This document shows positions 43,614 to 52,795 of a DNA stretch of 64,000 bases, piece by piece. The position numbers were made by a program, and so were the translations under genes. Position 1 is the stretch's first letter. Every line of letters starts with the position of its first letter. The DNA is from Clostridiaceae bacterium (GTDB lineage: Bacteria > Bacillota > Clostridia > Oscillospirales > QAMX01), in NCBI GenBank assembly GCA_034926225.1, contig JAYFRF010000001.1:165962-229961 (forward strand), given 5' to 3'. Under the pieces are notes generated by a model. It was not told where the DNA came from. It worked only from the letters and a program-made list of their open reading frames with translations, and did not search any database.

Positions 43614-44290
43614 ATGTCAGATCGGAAGTATTATGAAGCTTACGATGATCGTTATCGACAGATTCATGAGCAAAACTTGCGATGGTTCGATGAAGTCCAT
43701 CCCCTATCGTAACTGAAACCATTCACGAATTTTCTATCTCGCGTCAACACAAAGTTCTGGAGATAGGATGTGGAGAAGGCCGAGATGCCTACCCGCTACT
43801 CCAACAGGGCTTTGACCTGTTGGCAACCGATGTGTCACCGGAAGCAATCAATTTTTGTCGAAAAAAGATGCCTGATTATGTAGAGCATTTTCAAATTCTT
43901 GATTGTGTTACCGAAAGACTAAGTGGCAGTTATGATTTCATTTACGCTGTGGCTGTTTTGCATATGCTGGTTCCACATGTAGACAGAAACGCATTTTACA
44001 ATTTCGTTCGGAGACATTTGAACTCCAACGGAATTGCTCTTATTTGCACGATGGGCGACGGCAGCGTTGAACGTCAGACCGATATTCGTACTGCTTTTGA
44101 TATTCAGAATCGTATCCATGAGCAGACTGGAAAAGCCGTTCAAATTGCAAGTACCTCTTGTCGAATAGTCAATTCTCATACCTTTGATAAGGAGTTGGAA
44201 CAAAACGGTTTTGTTGTTATTAAGCAAGGTGTTACTGCAATTGAGCCGGACTTCCCACATATGATGTTTGCGGTGGTCAGAGTGCGTTGA
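43614..44290 (+). pseudogene. Class I SAM-dependent methyltransferase, frameshifted
   Basis: Frame 1 gives MSDRKYYEAYDDRYRQIHEQNLRWFDEVHPLS* and stops at 43710-12. The protein continues in another frame (..PSPIVTETIHEF..VLEIGCGEGRD..ATDVS..). The shift lies at or near the CCCC run at 43701-43704. Confidence 0.7.
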
Positions 44291-44863
44291 AATGTTCTGT
44301 GTGCACCTTTTTATTATTTCCACACCTTTTAACGAAAAGTCGGAGAGGTTTGCATTTCGTATCAAAGTAGGTCACTACTTTCAAGAAATAGGACGATTTT
44401 TAATCATGATAACGTCCTATTTCTTTTTGTTTTACCCAAATAGAACTGCCCAATATTGGGCAAAAAACGAAAACATTGTATATGGTTTAGCTCTCATCGT
44501 TTTATAATATTGTTAAATTATCGAGTGATCAGGCACAGAATATTGACTTTAGCATATGACTGTAATATAATATATATAATCTCTTTGCACTGCATTACAT
44601 TTCTTTTATAGAAATGCGAGATCAACAGTACAAACTGAGCAGGCGATGCCTGTAAGGGCATGGGGCTGGGCCGCTCTGCAAGCGGCAGCAGGATGCAATC
44701 ACGCATATCTGTGGGACGGTATGTATGTTCCATGGGATATGCTGTTTTTATACCTATAGCATTATACAGCTATATCGAGGGAACAACCGACCTCAATGGA
44801 GTGCCATAGGAGAAATCAAGACACCGTAATGCCGTACGGCAGCGGAAAACGGAGGATTCTTTT

Positions 44864-47386
44864 ATGACAAACACCCAGAAAAACTATACCGGTCTGACCA
44901 AAGAAGAGGTCAGAATAAGCCAGCAGCAGTATGGCAAAAACGAATTACAGCCGCAGAAGAAGGACAGTTTTCTGAAATTGATACTTCACACACTCTGCGA
45001 GCCGATGTTCCTTTTGTTGATCATTGCTGCTGTCATTTATTTTATTCTCGGAGAGCCGAGAGACGGCGCTATCATGCTCATTTTTGTTATCGGTATCATC
45101 AGCATCGATTTCATTCAGGAGTGGAAAACCGACAAAACGTTGAATGCACTCAAGGATCTGTCTGCACCGCGCATCTCCGTCATCCGTGACGGAATCGAGC
45201 AGCAGATTGCCAGTGCAGACTTGGTTCCCGGCGATCTCATGCTGATCTGTGAGGGAGTGAAGATCCCTGCGGACGGCGTTGTCATTCGCTGTGCCGATTT
45301 GTGCGTTGATGAATCGTCATTGACAGGCGAAGCTGAGGGAGTTTGGAAAACGCCTGCCGAAAATGCAGAACCGAGTATGGATTACTGGCGCAAGGATTAT
45401 TGCTATGCCGGAACCCTTGTTACACTAGGAAGCGCGATGGTTCAGGTTGAAAAGATCGGCGCTGCCACTGAATACGGAAAAATCGGCACGGATGTTGCAT
45501 CTGCACCGAAAGATGAGACACCATTGCAGCAGCAGACCGGAAAGCTGGTTAAAACGTGCGCGATCATTGCAGGCGTACTATTCGTTCTGGTTGGATTATT
45601 TACCTGGTTTAATATACCGAATCACAAATTTGTTGACCGTCTGATAGAAAGTATTTTGTCCGGCGTGACGCTTGCTATGGCCATGATTCCGGAAGAGTTC
45701 CCGGTCATTCTCACCGTATTTCTTTCCATGGGAGCATGGCGTCTGGCAAAGAAGCATTCTCTGGTTCGTAAACTGCCCAGCGTGGAAACACTCGGTGCGG
45801 TTTCGGTACTTTGCGTGGATAAGACTGGCACAATCACAATGAATCAAATGACCGTGCAGCAAACCTGGGTTGCAAACAGGGATGAACACGCATTGCTTGA
45901 AACAATGGGACTAGGCTGTGAAACAGAAGCCTATGACCCCATGGAAAAAGCCATGCTGCGCTGCTGTGAGGAGCATGGAATCTCTAAAGAGAGCCTGTAT
46001 CAAAACGAGTTTGTTTCGGAGTACGCCTTTACCAATGAACTGAAAATGATGGGGCATGTCTGGCGTAAAAATGGCGCGTTGGTGATTGCCGCCAAAGGCA
46101 GCGCCGAACACATCCTGACCATCTGCGATATGACAGACGAAGAACGATCCACCGCCGAAAAGCAAATCAACGCACTGTCTTCCGAAGGCTTGCGCGTCAT
46201 TGCTATAGCGGACGCAAATCCGGAAAATGATGCAGCAATTCCTGCATCAATAACCGATTGTCATCTGACTCTGCTCGGACTTGTCGGTCTTGCCGATCCT
46301 CCGCGTGAAAGCGTAAAGAATGACATTGCAGTCTGCAAAAAAGCCGGTATTCGCGTTGTGATGATCACCGGGGACAACGGCGTGACCGCGTCCGCCATTG
46401 CAAAGAAAATTAATATGGCAAATAACGATCATATCATCACTGGAGATATGCTGAACAATATGAGTGATGATGAACTGCGTGAGGCGGTGAAGGATGTCTC
46501 CATTTTCTCTCGTGTCATACCGGAGCATAAAATGCGCATCGTCAAAGCATTTAAGGAAAACGGAGAGATCGTCGCCATGACCGGAGACGGTGTCAACGAT
46601 GCCCCTGCCCTGAAATATGCCGACATCGGTATCGCCATGGGTAAACGTGGCAGTGAAGTATCCAGAGAAGCTGCCGACCTGATTCTGATGGATGATAAAT
46701 TCACTACTATTGTGGAAACTGTCCGGGACGGTCGCCGTATTTACGATAATATCCGCAAGGCAGTCGGTTATGTATTTACCATTCACATTCCGATTGCGTT
46801 TGCGTCGCTTCTGGCTCCAATCCTCGGAATCGCGCCCGCCGCTCTGCTTCTGCTGCCGTTACATGTTGTGCTACTTGAAGTCTTGATCGATCCGACCTGT
46901 TCCATCGTATTGGAGCGTCAGCCTGCGGAGCGTGATATTATGAATCGCAAGCCCAGAGATCCGAGAGAGAAGCTGCTGACCGGAAAGCTGCTTGCAAAAA
47001 GCATTCAACAGGGACTGTTCATTTTCGCAGCATCATTCGGAGCATATTTTGTTACTCTTGGCGGAAATCCCGAAAATGCGCCTGCTGCACGCGGAATAGG
47101 ACTCGCTGTCATTATGCTAGCAAATCTATTTCTGGTGCAAGTTAATAGCTCAGACCGCGACTTCGCGTTCCTTTCCGTGGTGCGTCTGATTAAAGATAAA
47201 GTGATGTGGGCGGTCAACCTCGGCACACTGGCATTGCTCGGGATTATTCTCTATACGCCGCTTTCCGGTTATCTTAAGCTTGCTCCGCTTTCAGTCAGAC
47301 AGTTGCTTATCGCGTTTATACTGGCGGCTGCATCGGTATTGTGGTATGAGTTTGTAAAACTAGCGCGGAAGCTCCTTAAAAATTGA
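44864..47386 (+). CDS. Cation-transporting P-type ATPase (P2-type, Ca2+/cation pump-like)
   Basis: 840 aa. Motifs are DKTGTITMNQM, MITGDN and GDGVNDAPALK, with 10-TM topology. Confidence 0.9.
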   Translation: MTNTQKNYTGLTKEEVRISQQQYGKNELQPQKKDSFLKLILHTLCEPMFLLLIIAAVIYFILGEPRDGAIMLIFVIGIISIDFIQEWKTDKTLNALKDLSAPRISVIRDGIEQQIASADLVPGDLMLICEGVKIPADGVVIRCADLCVDESSLTGEAEGVWKTPAENAEPSMDYWRKDYCYAGTLVTLGSAMVQVEKIGAATEYGKIGTDVASAPKDETPLQQQTGKLVKTCAIIAGVLFVLVGLFTWFNIPNHKFVDRLIESILSGVTLAMAMIPEEFPVILTVFLSMGAWRLAKKHSLVRKLPSVETLGAVSVLCVDKTGTITMNQMTVQQTWVANRDEHALLETMGLGCETEAYDPMEKAMLRCCEEHGISKESLYQNEFVSEYAFTNELKMMGHVWRKNGALVIAAKGSAEHILTICDMTDEERSTAEKQINALSSEGLRVIAIADANPENDAAIPASITDCHLTLLGLVGLADPPRESVKNDIAVCKKAGIRVVMITGDNGVTASAIAKKINMANNDHIITGDMLNNMSDDELREAVKDVSIFSRVIPEHKMRIVKAFKENGEIVAMTGDGVNDAPALKYADIGIAMGKRGSEVSREAADLILMDDKFTTIVETVRDGRRIYDNIRKAVGYVFTIHIPIAFASLLAPILGIAPAALLLLPLHVVLLEVLIDPTCSIVLERQPAERDIMNRKPRDPREKLLTGKLLAKSIQQGLFIFAASFGAYFVTLGGNPENAPAARGIGLAVIMLANLFLVQVNSSDRDFAFLSVVRLIKDKVMWAVNLGTLALLGIILYTPLSGYLKLAPLSVRQLLIAFILAAASVLWYEFVKLARKLLKN

Positions 47387-47446
47387 TAAGTGGGGCTTAC
47401 TAAATCTGATCTGTTGCCTTGGTATGCTCCAGATGAGTGTAAGAAT

Positions 47447-47487
47447 AAAACCGCTGAAAATGACCTACGTCAGTCTCAGCGGTTTTT
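47447..47487 (+). terminator. Terminator of the P-type ATPase gene
   Basis: AAAACCGCTGA / TCAGCGGTTTT stem followed by a T-run. Confidence 0.7.
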
Positions 47488-47745
47488 ACTGTAGCTATCC
47501 GGAATTCCGATGGGAGGATTATTATTGCGCATCATGTATTCGTGTATACATACTTGTGACAGGTGATATAAGTAAATAGGCAGGGGCTCAATCGGAGAAC
47601 CCTGCCTACTATAAGCAGGTATTTAATTGTCCAAAGGGAAATGCAGTTTTATCAGCTTAACCTTTTCCCGTTAATCATTTTACTAAACAGCTCGAATCAT
47701 AATAGGGTCAAAGATAGATCGATTCAACTGAACCATCTCCTGATT

Positions 47746-47967
47746 TCAAACTAAATATCTGCTGGGCACTTTAGTACCCACCACTATTATAGCCTTATTT
47801 TGAAATGTTATGAATACCATTTTCGAACAAGTAGAAGATTTTTCTGTGACACAGGTTGCCCGCTTCGTTGCAGGTGTCACAGGGGAAGTGAGCCGCGTCC
47901 AACCGTCCACGAAACGGCTGTATAGCTTGGCACCGAACTCTACCGGTTTTCCAGACTTGCCCCGCAC
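47746..47967 (-). pseudogene. Internal fragment of an IS5/IS1182-type DDE transposase
   Basis: The ORF begins ..RGKSGKPVEFGAKL..VDGW.., a block I recognise from IS5-superfamily transposases. The rest is unrelated, and no ends or full ORF are present. Confidence 0.5.
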
Positions 47968-47982
47968 ATTTTTGGTATTATA

Positions 47983-48129
47983 TTAATCGGATTTTTCGTG
48001 CCCGCTTTCATGAACACCAATTTTACGCCCACCAACAATCCCAACATCGGCGTTATTTTTTGGCTGTATCTTCCGAAGCTCTGGGTTGCTTTTTGGGCGG
48101 TCTTTCATTCGATTTTTATTGTTTTTCAT
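47983..48129 (-). CDS. Small hydrophilic protein (48 aa), not in ORF track; possible minor spore protein
   Basis: AGAGGAGAAAG SD 5 nt before the ATG. Product: MKNNKNRMKDRPKSNPELRKIQPKNNADVGIVGGRKIGVHESGHEKSD*. Confidence 0.45.
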   Translation of the reverse strand: MKNNKNRMKDRPKSNPELRKIQPKNNADVGIVGGRKIGVHESGHEKSD

Positions 48130-48280
48130 ATACTTTCTCCTCTCTCGGTGTGAAACCTTTATTCATTTCGCGGCGTTTGCAGTACTGCTTCTTGCCAAAT
48201 CATTGGCTGGACTTAGTTTTTGCTTTCGGTCAGGAATAATGCACTGTATACAGAGAATGCTATTGAAGAGGTGATATTTC

Positions 48281-48430
48281 ATGGCCAAAGACAGTCAAAT
48301 CGATCCGAAAGAAATCCGCAAAAAGAAGGCAAAAGGCGGCCCCACGTCAGCTCAAAGCGCAAACGACGGAGAAGGATGCAACCACAAAAAGCAGTCCGCC
48401 AGCAGACACAAACCGGGCAGTGACAAATAA
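48281..48430 (+). CDS. Small basic hydrophilic protein (49 aa), not in ORF track; possible minor spore protein
   Basis: GAGGTGA SD 7 nt before the ATG. Product: MAKDSQIDPKEIRKKKAKGGPTSAQSANDGEGCNHKKQSASRHKPGSDK*. A strong terminator follows. Confidence 0.5.
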   Translation: MAKDSQIDPKEIRKKKAKGGPTSAQSANDGEGCNHKKQSASRHKPGSDK

Positions 48431-48435
48431 CTACA

Positions 48436-48469
48436 GTAAAGCGGAGGCACCAATGCGACTCCGCTTTAC
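48436..48469. terminator. Bidirectional terminator between convergent small genes
   Basis: 11-bp stem GTAAAGCGGAG / CTCCGCTTTAC. Confidence 0.7.
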
Positions 48470-48475
48470 CTATTC

Positions 48476-48727
48476 TTATTTCTCCAGCTCTTGCTCAATA
48501 TCGCGAATTTCCTTTTCAATACCAGCAATTCCGTGCTGGCGACGGATATTTTTCTGTGTGAGTTTTTCTCGCTGTTCATCCGACGGGGTTTCGGCGATAA
48601 TCTCCTCAGAAACCTCCAGATTGTATCGAGTGGTATCGATTTTTTTCTGGAGTTTCTCAATTATCTCGCGCCCCTGTTCTTCGTGCATTCTTTTAATCAT
48701 ATCAGAGCCGTTATCCATTCCCGACAC
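48476..48727 (-). CDS. tlp: Small acid-soluble spore protein Tlp-like
   Basis: 83 aa. The layout matches my recollection of B. subtilis Tlp (..VEKLQ..I..T..N..EA.E....S.EEQ..I..KN..R..SI...K.EI.DE). The start may be the internal ATG (MDNGSD..). Confidence 0.6.
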   Translation of the reverse strand: MSGMDNGSDMIKRMHEEQGREIIEKLQKKIDTTRYNLEVSEEIIAETPSDEQREKLTQKNIRRQHGIAGIEKEIRDIEQELEK

Positions 48728-48748
48728 CTCCTGTCACGTTTGAGCGGA

Positions 48749-48886
48749 TTAAACGTTCTTTCCCCGGCCGCCAGAGACTGTGTTTTGGCCGAATTTGGCT
48801 CGTGCGCTCTCTGCCTGCGGATCATGCTTGATATTTTTGGAATGGAACTTACCGTCCTGCTTTTTGTTCTGCTTGCTGTTGTTCAT
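48749..48886 (-). CDS. Small hydrophilic protein (45 aa), not in ORF track; possible minor spore protein
   Basis: Product: MNNSKQNKKQDGKFHSKNIKHDPQAESARAKFGQNTVSGGRGKNV*. It sits 21 nt upstream of tlp and 24 nt downstream of the HMA-like gene, so it is probably in the same operon. The SD is weak or distant. Confidence 0.4.
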   Translation of the reverse strand: MNNSKQNKKQDGKFHSKNIKHDPQAESARAKFGQNTVSGGRGKNV

Positions 48887-48910
48887 TTTGTTTTCGCTCA
48901 AACTTTTCAC

Positions 48911-49150
48911 CTACATTCTATGGTTTTCGGTTTTGCATGACTCCACCCGATACCCGAGTTGCTCCAATCGCTTTCCCAGTCGGTCACAGGTGACTCCCGT
49001 ATTATCGTAATCTACCGCCAACATATTTTTTTCAGCATTAACGCTGACCGACAGCACGCCGTGAAAGGCATCCAGCTCTCTCTTCAATTCTTTCGAATCG
49101 TGATTCCCAGTAATATCGCTTATTTGAAAATATGCGCTTTCTTTCGACAT
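48911..49150 (-). CDS. HMA-like (ferredoxin-fold) domain protein lacking the CxxC metal site
   Basis: 79 aa with a beta-alpha-beta-beta-alpha-beta periodicity like copper chaperones. ITGNHDS replaces GMTCxxC. Confidence 0.5.
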   Translation of the reverse strand: MSKESAYFQISDITGNHDSKELKRELDAFHGVLSVSVNAEKNMLAVDYDNTGVTCDRLGKRLEQLGYRVESCKTENHRM

Positions 49151-49388
49151 TTTAATAACCCTTATCTCAGAAACAGTATTGAAACGTTGCCCGCGATGTT
49201 GATATTCCTACCATGACGCAAGCAATCCGCAAAGCTTCATAAAGTAAAACTTAATGCGCGACGATCGTAATTTCACTTAATTCACGGTTAGTTTGGCCGA
49301 CACTTATAGAATTATACAGTGATGAAGACATGCTTCAGAAATCCAAATAAAGTGTGAGAAAGGGACTTGGGATTATATGCTGTAAGGT

Positions 49389-49440
49389 AAAAAAAGGCCG
49401 ACTGGCAGCTCCCGGGAAGGTGGGAACTGACACAGTCGAC
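49389..49440 (-). terminator. Long imperfect hairpin plus T7 run (terminator for ybaK or for a short independent transcript)
   Basis: Minus strand: GTCGACTG..CAG.TCCC / GGGA.CTG..CAGTCGGC, followed by CTTTTTTTAC. Confidence 0.6.
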
Positions 49441-49527
49441 GTTATGCGGTTCTATAGAACCTGTATATTAATATAACATATCTTCTGCTTCTTGTCAACA
49501 TAATTTATTAATAAAAAACATTTTATT

Positions 49528-49995
49528 TTAAACGAATTTGCACACATCCACCCAACCCGCGGCATGGGCGTAGGCTTCCAATTCAAGAATAGTCAGTTCT
49601 ATGGCGCTGTTAGAGCTGCCGCAGGCAGGATAAACGGTAGCAAAACGACGAAGGGAATCGTCGAGATAGACTGAAACCCCGGGATTGACGGCAAACGGAC
49701 AGACGCCGCCGATGGCGTGACCGACGCGGGGAACGACCTCGTCAGGGGTAAGCATTTTCGCTTTGACGCCAAAATGCGCCTTGTATTTTGAGTTGTTAAT
49801 TTTAACATCGCCGGCGGTGACAATTAGAATGGCGCGGTCGTTTTGGGAGAATGATAGGGTCTTTGCGATGCGGGCAGGTTCACAACCAAGCGCGGCGGCG
49901 GCAAGCTCGACGGTAGCGCTGGATGCGTCCAGCTCCAGAATGCGGTTGGCGATACCGAGCCTGTCAAAGTATGCCCGGACTTTTTCGATAGACAA
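49528..49995 (-). CDS. ybaK: YbaK/ProX-type aminoacyl-tRNA deacylase (prolyl-tRNA editing family)
   Basis: GGAGGAG SD 6 nt before the TTG at 49995. Motifs are KTLSF and HAIGGVCPF. The 292-aa track ORF is an artefactual N-terminal extension. Confidence 0.75.
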   Translation of the reverse strand: MSIEKVRAYFDRLGIANRILELDASSATVELAAAALGCEPARIAKTLSFSQNDRAILIVTAGDVKINNSKYKAHFGVKAKMLTPDEVVPRVGHAIGGVCPFAVNPGVSVYLDDSLRRFATVYPACGSSNSAIELTILELEAYAHAAGWVDVCKFV

Positions 49996-50113
49996 GATGG
50001 GCTCCTCCAATATTCTAGATTCGACTGAGAGTAAAAGAAAAGACGGTTGCATTGTGCGATATGCAGTGGTATAGTATAGTAAGACACAATAAATGAAGGG
50101 CGGGTGACTGTTT

Positions 50114-51184
50114 ATGACGGGAAAGGAACGAATACAAAAGCTATTAAGACATGAAAAACCGGACAGGATCGGCGCATATGAGCATTTGTGGGGCGATACG
50201 CAGAAAAAATGGGAGGAAGAAGGACATATCGCACCGGGACAGAGCGTGGAGGACGCGTTCGACTTTGATATCGTCGAGTGCTGGCCGTTTAAGCTGGTTG
50301 CCGATTTGTCATTCGAACCGCAGGTTGTCGCGGAGACAGAGGAGACCATAACTCTTCTTGACGGTAATGGCGCGACGTTGCGGCGGCATAAACAGCGCAC
50401 GGGCACACCGGAGCATATCGGCTACCGGGTGACGGAGCGTGAGGGCTGGGAGCAAATCAAGCATCTGCTGACGCCGGACGACGAGCGGATCCGGTTTGAG
50501 GAATACCGTCAAGCAAGAGAACGCGCGCATGCGGCGGGGCGGTTCTTCACCTGCTCAAGCGTGAATGTGTTTGAGGCGATGCATCCGGTGTGCGGGCATG
50601 TAAATCTACTGATGGGCATGGCGCTTGATCCGGAATGGGTCATGGAGATGGCCCAGACTTATGCGAAACTGCTGGTTAAGCTGCAGGCGAAGCTGTTTGA
50701 GCAGGAGGGGTACCCGGACGCAATCTGGTTTTATGAGGATTTGGGCTTCAAGGAGAAGCCGTTCATGAGTCCGACTATGTATGAGGAGTTGCTGGAGCCG
50801 TATCATAAGTACACGATTGATTATGCGAAGTCCCTCGGCTTGCCGGTGATTATGCATTCATGCGGATATGTGGAGCCGCTGATGCCGGGGATCGTACGGG
50901 CCGGGATCGATTGCCTGCAGGCGATCGAGGTGAAGGCCGGGATGGATTTATGCAAGCTGTGGCGCGAATACGGCGACAAAATCGCATTCATGGGCGGCAT
51001 GGATATCCGGACGCTGCTGTCGAATGATTTGGCCACGGTGGATGCGGAGCTGGAAGCCAAGATTCCGGTGATGAAGGAAGGCTTTAACTATATCCTGCAC
51101 ACCGACCATTCGGTGCCGGGCGAGGTGGAATACGGCACATACCGACATTTCCTTGAACACGGGCTGGCGCTCGGCAGCTATTAA
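50114..51184 (+). CDS. Uroporphyrinogen-decarboxylase (URO-D) family protein
   Basis: 356 aa. The N-terminus is ERIQKLLRHEKPDRIG, and the C-terminal barrel pattern is typical of URO-D/MtaA-like proteins in Clostridia. Confidence 0.7.
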   Translation: MTGKERIQKLLRHEKPDRIGAYEHLWGDTQKKWEEEGHIAPGQSVEDAFDFDIVECWPFKLVADLSFEPQVVAETEETITLLDGNGATLRRHKQRTGTPEHIGYRVTEREGWEQIKHLLTPDDERIRFEEYRQARERAHAAGRFFTCSSVNVFEAMHPVCGHVNLLMGMALDPEWVMEMAQTYAKLLVKLQAKLFEQEGYPDAIWFYEDLGFKEKPFMSPTMYEELLEPYHKYTIDYAKSLGLPVIMHSCGYVEPLMPGIVRAGIDCLQAIEVKAGMDLCKLWREYGDKIAFMGGMDIRTLLSNDLATVDAELEAKIPVMKEGFNYILHTDHSVPGEVEYGTYRHFLEHGLALGSY

Positions 51185-51193
51185 ATATGCGTT

Positions 51194-51234
51194 GAAAGCC
51201 CCGAACCGCAGTTTTTAACTGCGGAGGGGCTTTC
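51194..51234. terminator. Stem-loop between convergent genes
   Basis: GAAAGCCCC..CCGCAG / CTGCGG..GGGGCTTTC composite stem. Confidence 0.5.
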
Positions 51235-51250
51235 TTCATGGACGATCCCC

Positions 51251-52015
51251 TTATTCGAGATTCAACAGACGCTTGAAGTTGCCGGCAAAGATCAATTCAC
51301 GCTCGGCATCGGTTAGGCGCTCATATTCGACGGCGGCTACCTGCATGGCGGGGTTGCAAACGGGGTAGTCGGTGCCAAAGAGGAAGCGTTCTGCGCCGAC
51401 ACGGTTGACGCCGTACCAAAGCATGCGGTTGCGGAACAAGCCTGTGCCGCAGATATCGAGGTAGGCGTTTGGGTAACGCTCCAAACGTTCGAGGTTGCGC
51501 AGGTAGTCGTTATACTCGCCGGGATGGGCGACGATAATGTTCATGTGGGGGAAGGCGGCACAGAGCGCGTCAAGGTCTTCCGGAACGGTGGGATGCACGC
51601 TGACGGTCATGCCAAGCTCCTGAGCGAGGGAGAAGATTTCCAGCGCGCCGGGGCAGGTATAACGCGTCCACCCCATCATGTACGGCACCAGCTCACCGAT
51701 CAAGCGTACGCCCTGTGCGTGGAGACGCGTAAGCTCTTCGCAAGACTCTGCGACATAGTCTGGATGGATATGGATACCGGGGATGTAGCGGCTGCCGTAG
51801 CGGTCACGGAGAGCGAGAGCGTCACGATTGGCACGGGAAACCTCTGCGAAACTGTTCGTCGGACGATAGATGACAGATCCGGCGAAACGGCCGATACCGC
51901 AGCGCGCGAGATCGGCACCGATGTCGGCGGGAGCGGTGTCGAGGGTGTAGTTGTTGACAATTTCCTCTTTGCACGTAAACGGGTGCATATGTGCGTCAAT
52001 AATTTCAAAAGCCAT
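51251..52015 (-). CDS. Amidohydrolase-2 family metal-dependent hydrolase
   Basis: The N-terminus is MAFEIIDAHMHPF, with later HP..E and D motifs. The start at 52015 follows an AGAGGA SD. Confidence 0.75.
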   Translation of the reverse strand: MAFEIIDAHMHPFTCKEEIVNNYTLDTAPADIGADLARCGIGRFAGSVIYRPTNSFAEVSRANRDALALRDRYGSRYIPGIHIHPDYVAESCEELTRLHAQGVRLIGELVPYMMGWTRYTCPGALEIFSLAQELGMTVSVHPTVPEDLDALCAAFPHMNIIVAHPGEYNDYLRNLERLERYPNAYLDICGTGLFRNRMLWYGVNRVGAERFLFGTDYPVCNPAMQVAAVEYERLTDAERELIFAGNFKRLLNLE

Positions 52016-52028
52016 AATAAGTCCTCTT

Positions 52029-52769
52029 TTAACCATAGTAAGGTGTAAAAGTCATCGGATGCAGGGGCGGGAAACGGTTTTGGTTTTCAGCGTAGGAGAC
52101 GGTGCCGTTTTCTCCGGAGATGATATGGTCGAACAGCGCGCCGCCGAGCGTGGACAGACAGGCCGCGACCTGCTCGGTAACGGCGGCATCGCTTGGAGAC
52201 GGTTCCGCAATGCCGCCGGGGTGGTTATGCGCGAGGATAACGCCTGCCGCGTGGTTATCGAACAGGTATGCCGCGACCCATTGGGGGTTTAAGTGCAGCG
52301 AGTCGATGGTGCCGCCCTCCACACGCTGGCATCGGATGACGCGGCGGCGTGAATTCAGGAGCAGCGCGTAGCAGACCTCCGTACGGCAGCCGATAAATAA
52401 GCCGGCAACGTACTTGCAGGCATCCTGAGCATTGAGAAGATAGACCGCATTCGGGTCGGGCGCGGCGGAATCAATCATGTAGCGTCGCGCAACAGCACGG
52501 ATCAGGCTCAGGAAGATGGCGGAGGTCTTCCCGACTCCCTCGACAGAGGCCAGTGCTGCGACGTTTGCATCGAGGACGCCGGGCAGTGAGCCAAACCGCC
52601 GCAGCAGACGGTGAGCGATTTCGTTGGTATCGCGCCGCGGGATGGTATAAAACAACAGCAATTCCAGTACCTGATGAGCTTCGAAGCCGTCAAGACCGGA
52701 CTCGGCAAAGCGTTCTTTTAAGCGGGAGCGATGTCCTTCATGGAGGTTTTCAGATTTCACACAAGGCAC
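52029..52769 (-). CDS. radC: RadC-family JAB-domain protein
   Basis: Helix-hairpin-helix N-terminus (ELLELLL..) and the JAMM motif HNHPGG..EPS..D. Confidence 0.9.
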   Translation of the reverse strand: MPCVKSENLHEGHRSRLKERFAESGLDGFEAHQVLELLLFYTIPRRDTNEIAHRLLRRFGSLPGVLDANVAALASVEGVGKTSAIFLSLIRAVARRYMIDSAAPDPNAVYLLNAQDACKYVAGLFIGCRTEVCYALLLNSRRRVIRCQRVEGGTIDSLHLNPQWVAAYLFDNHAAGVILAHNHPGGIAEPSPSDAAVTEQVAACLSTLGGALFDHIISGENGTVSYAENQNRFPPLHPMTFTPYYG

Positions 52770-52795
52770 CTCCCTTTTTTAGCAGACGTTCAGAA

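Larger units (their letters stand above)
43560..49500. mobile_element. Degraded AT-rich genomic islet adjacent to tRNA-Pro (no recombinase left)
   Basis: Composition is lower in GC than the flanks. It starts right after the tRNA-Pro terminator. It contains a frameshifted gene, an IS transposase fragment and unrelated cargo. No direct repeat of the tRNA 3' end was found. Confidence 0.35.

Noticed and set aside
44520-44863. An M-box (Mg2+) or yybP-ykoY (Mn2+) riboswitch upstream of the P-type ATPase
   Set aside because: The signature strings I remember (GGUGAGGCU; GGGGAGUAG ... UUGACAUA) are not present.
49996-50406. The N-terminal 136 aa of the 292-aa track ORF upstream of ybaK
   Set aside because: It is a Cys/Ser-rich low-complexity translation that overlaps the divergent promoter region and the start of the URO-D-family gene. 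YbaK homology begins at the TTG at 49995, which has a GGAGGAG SD.
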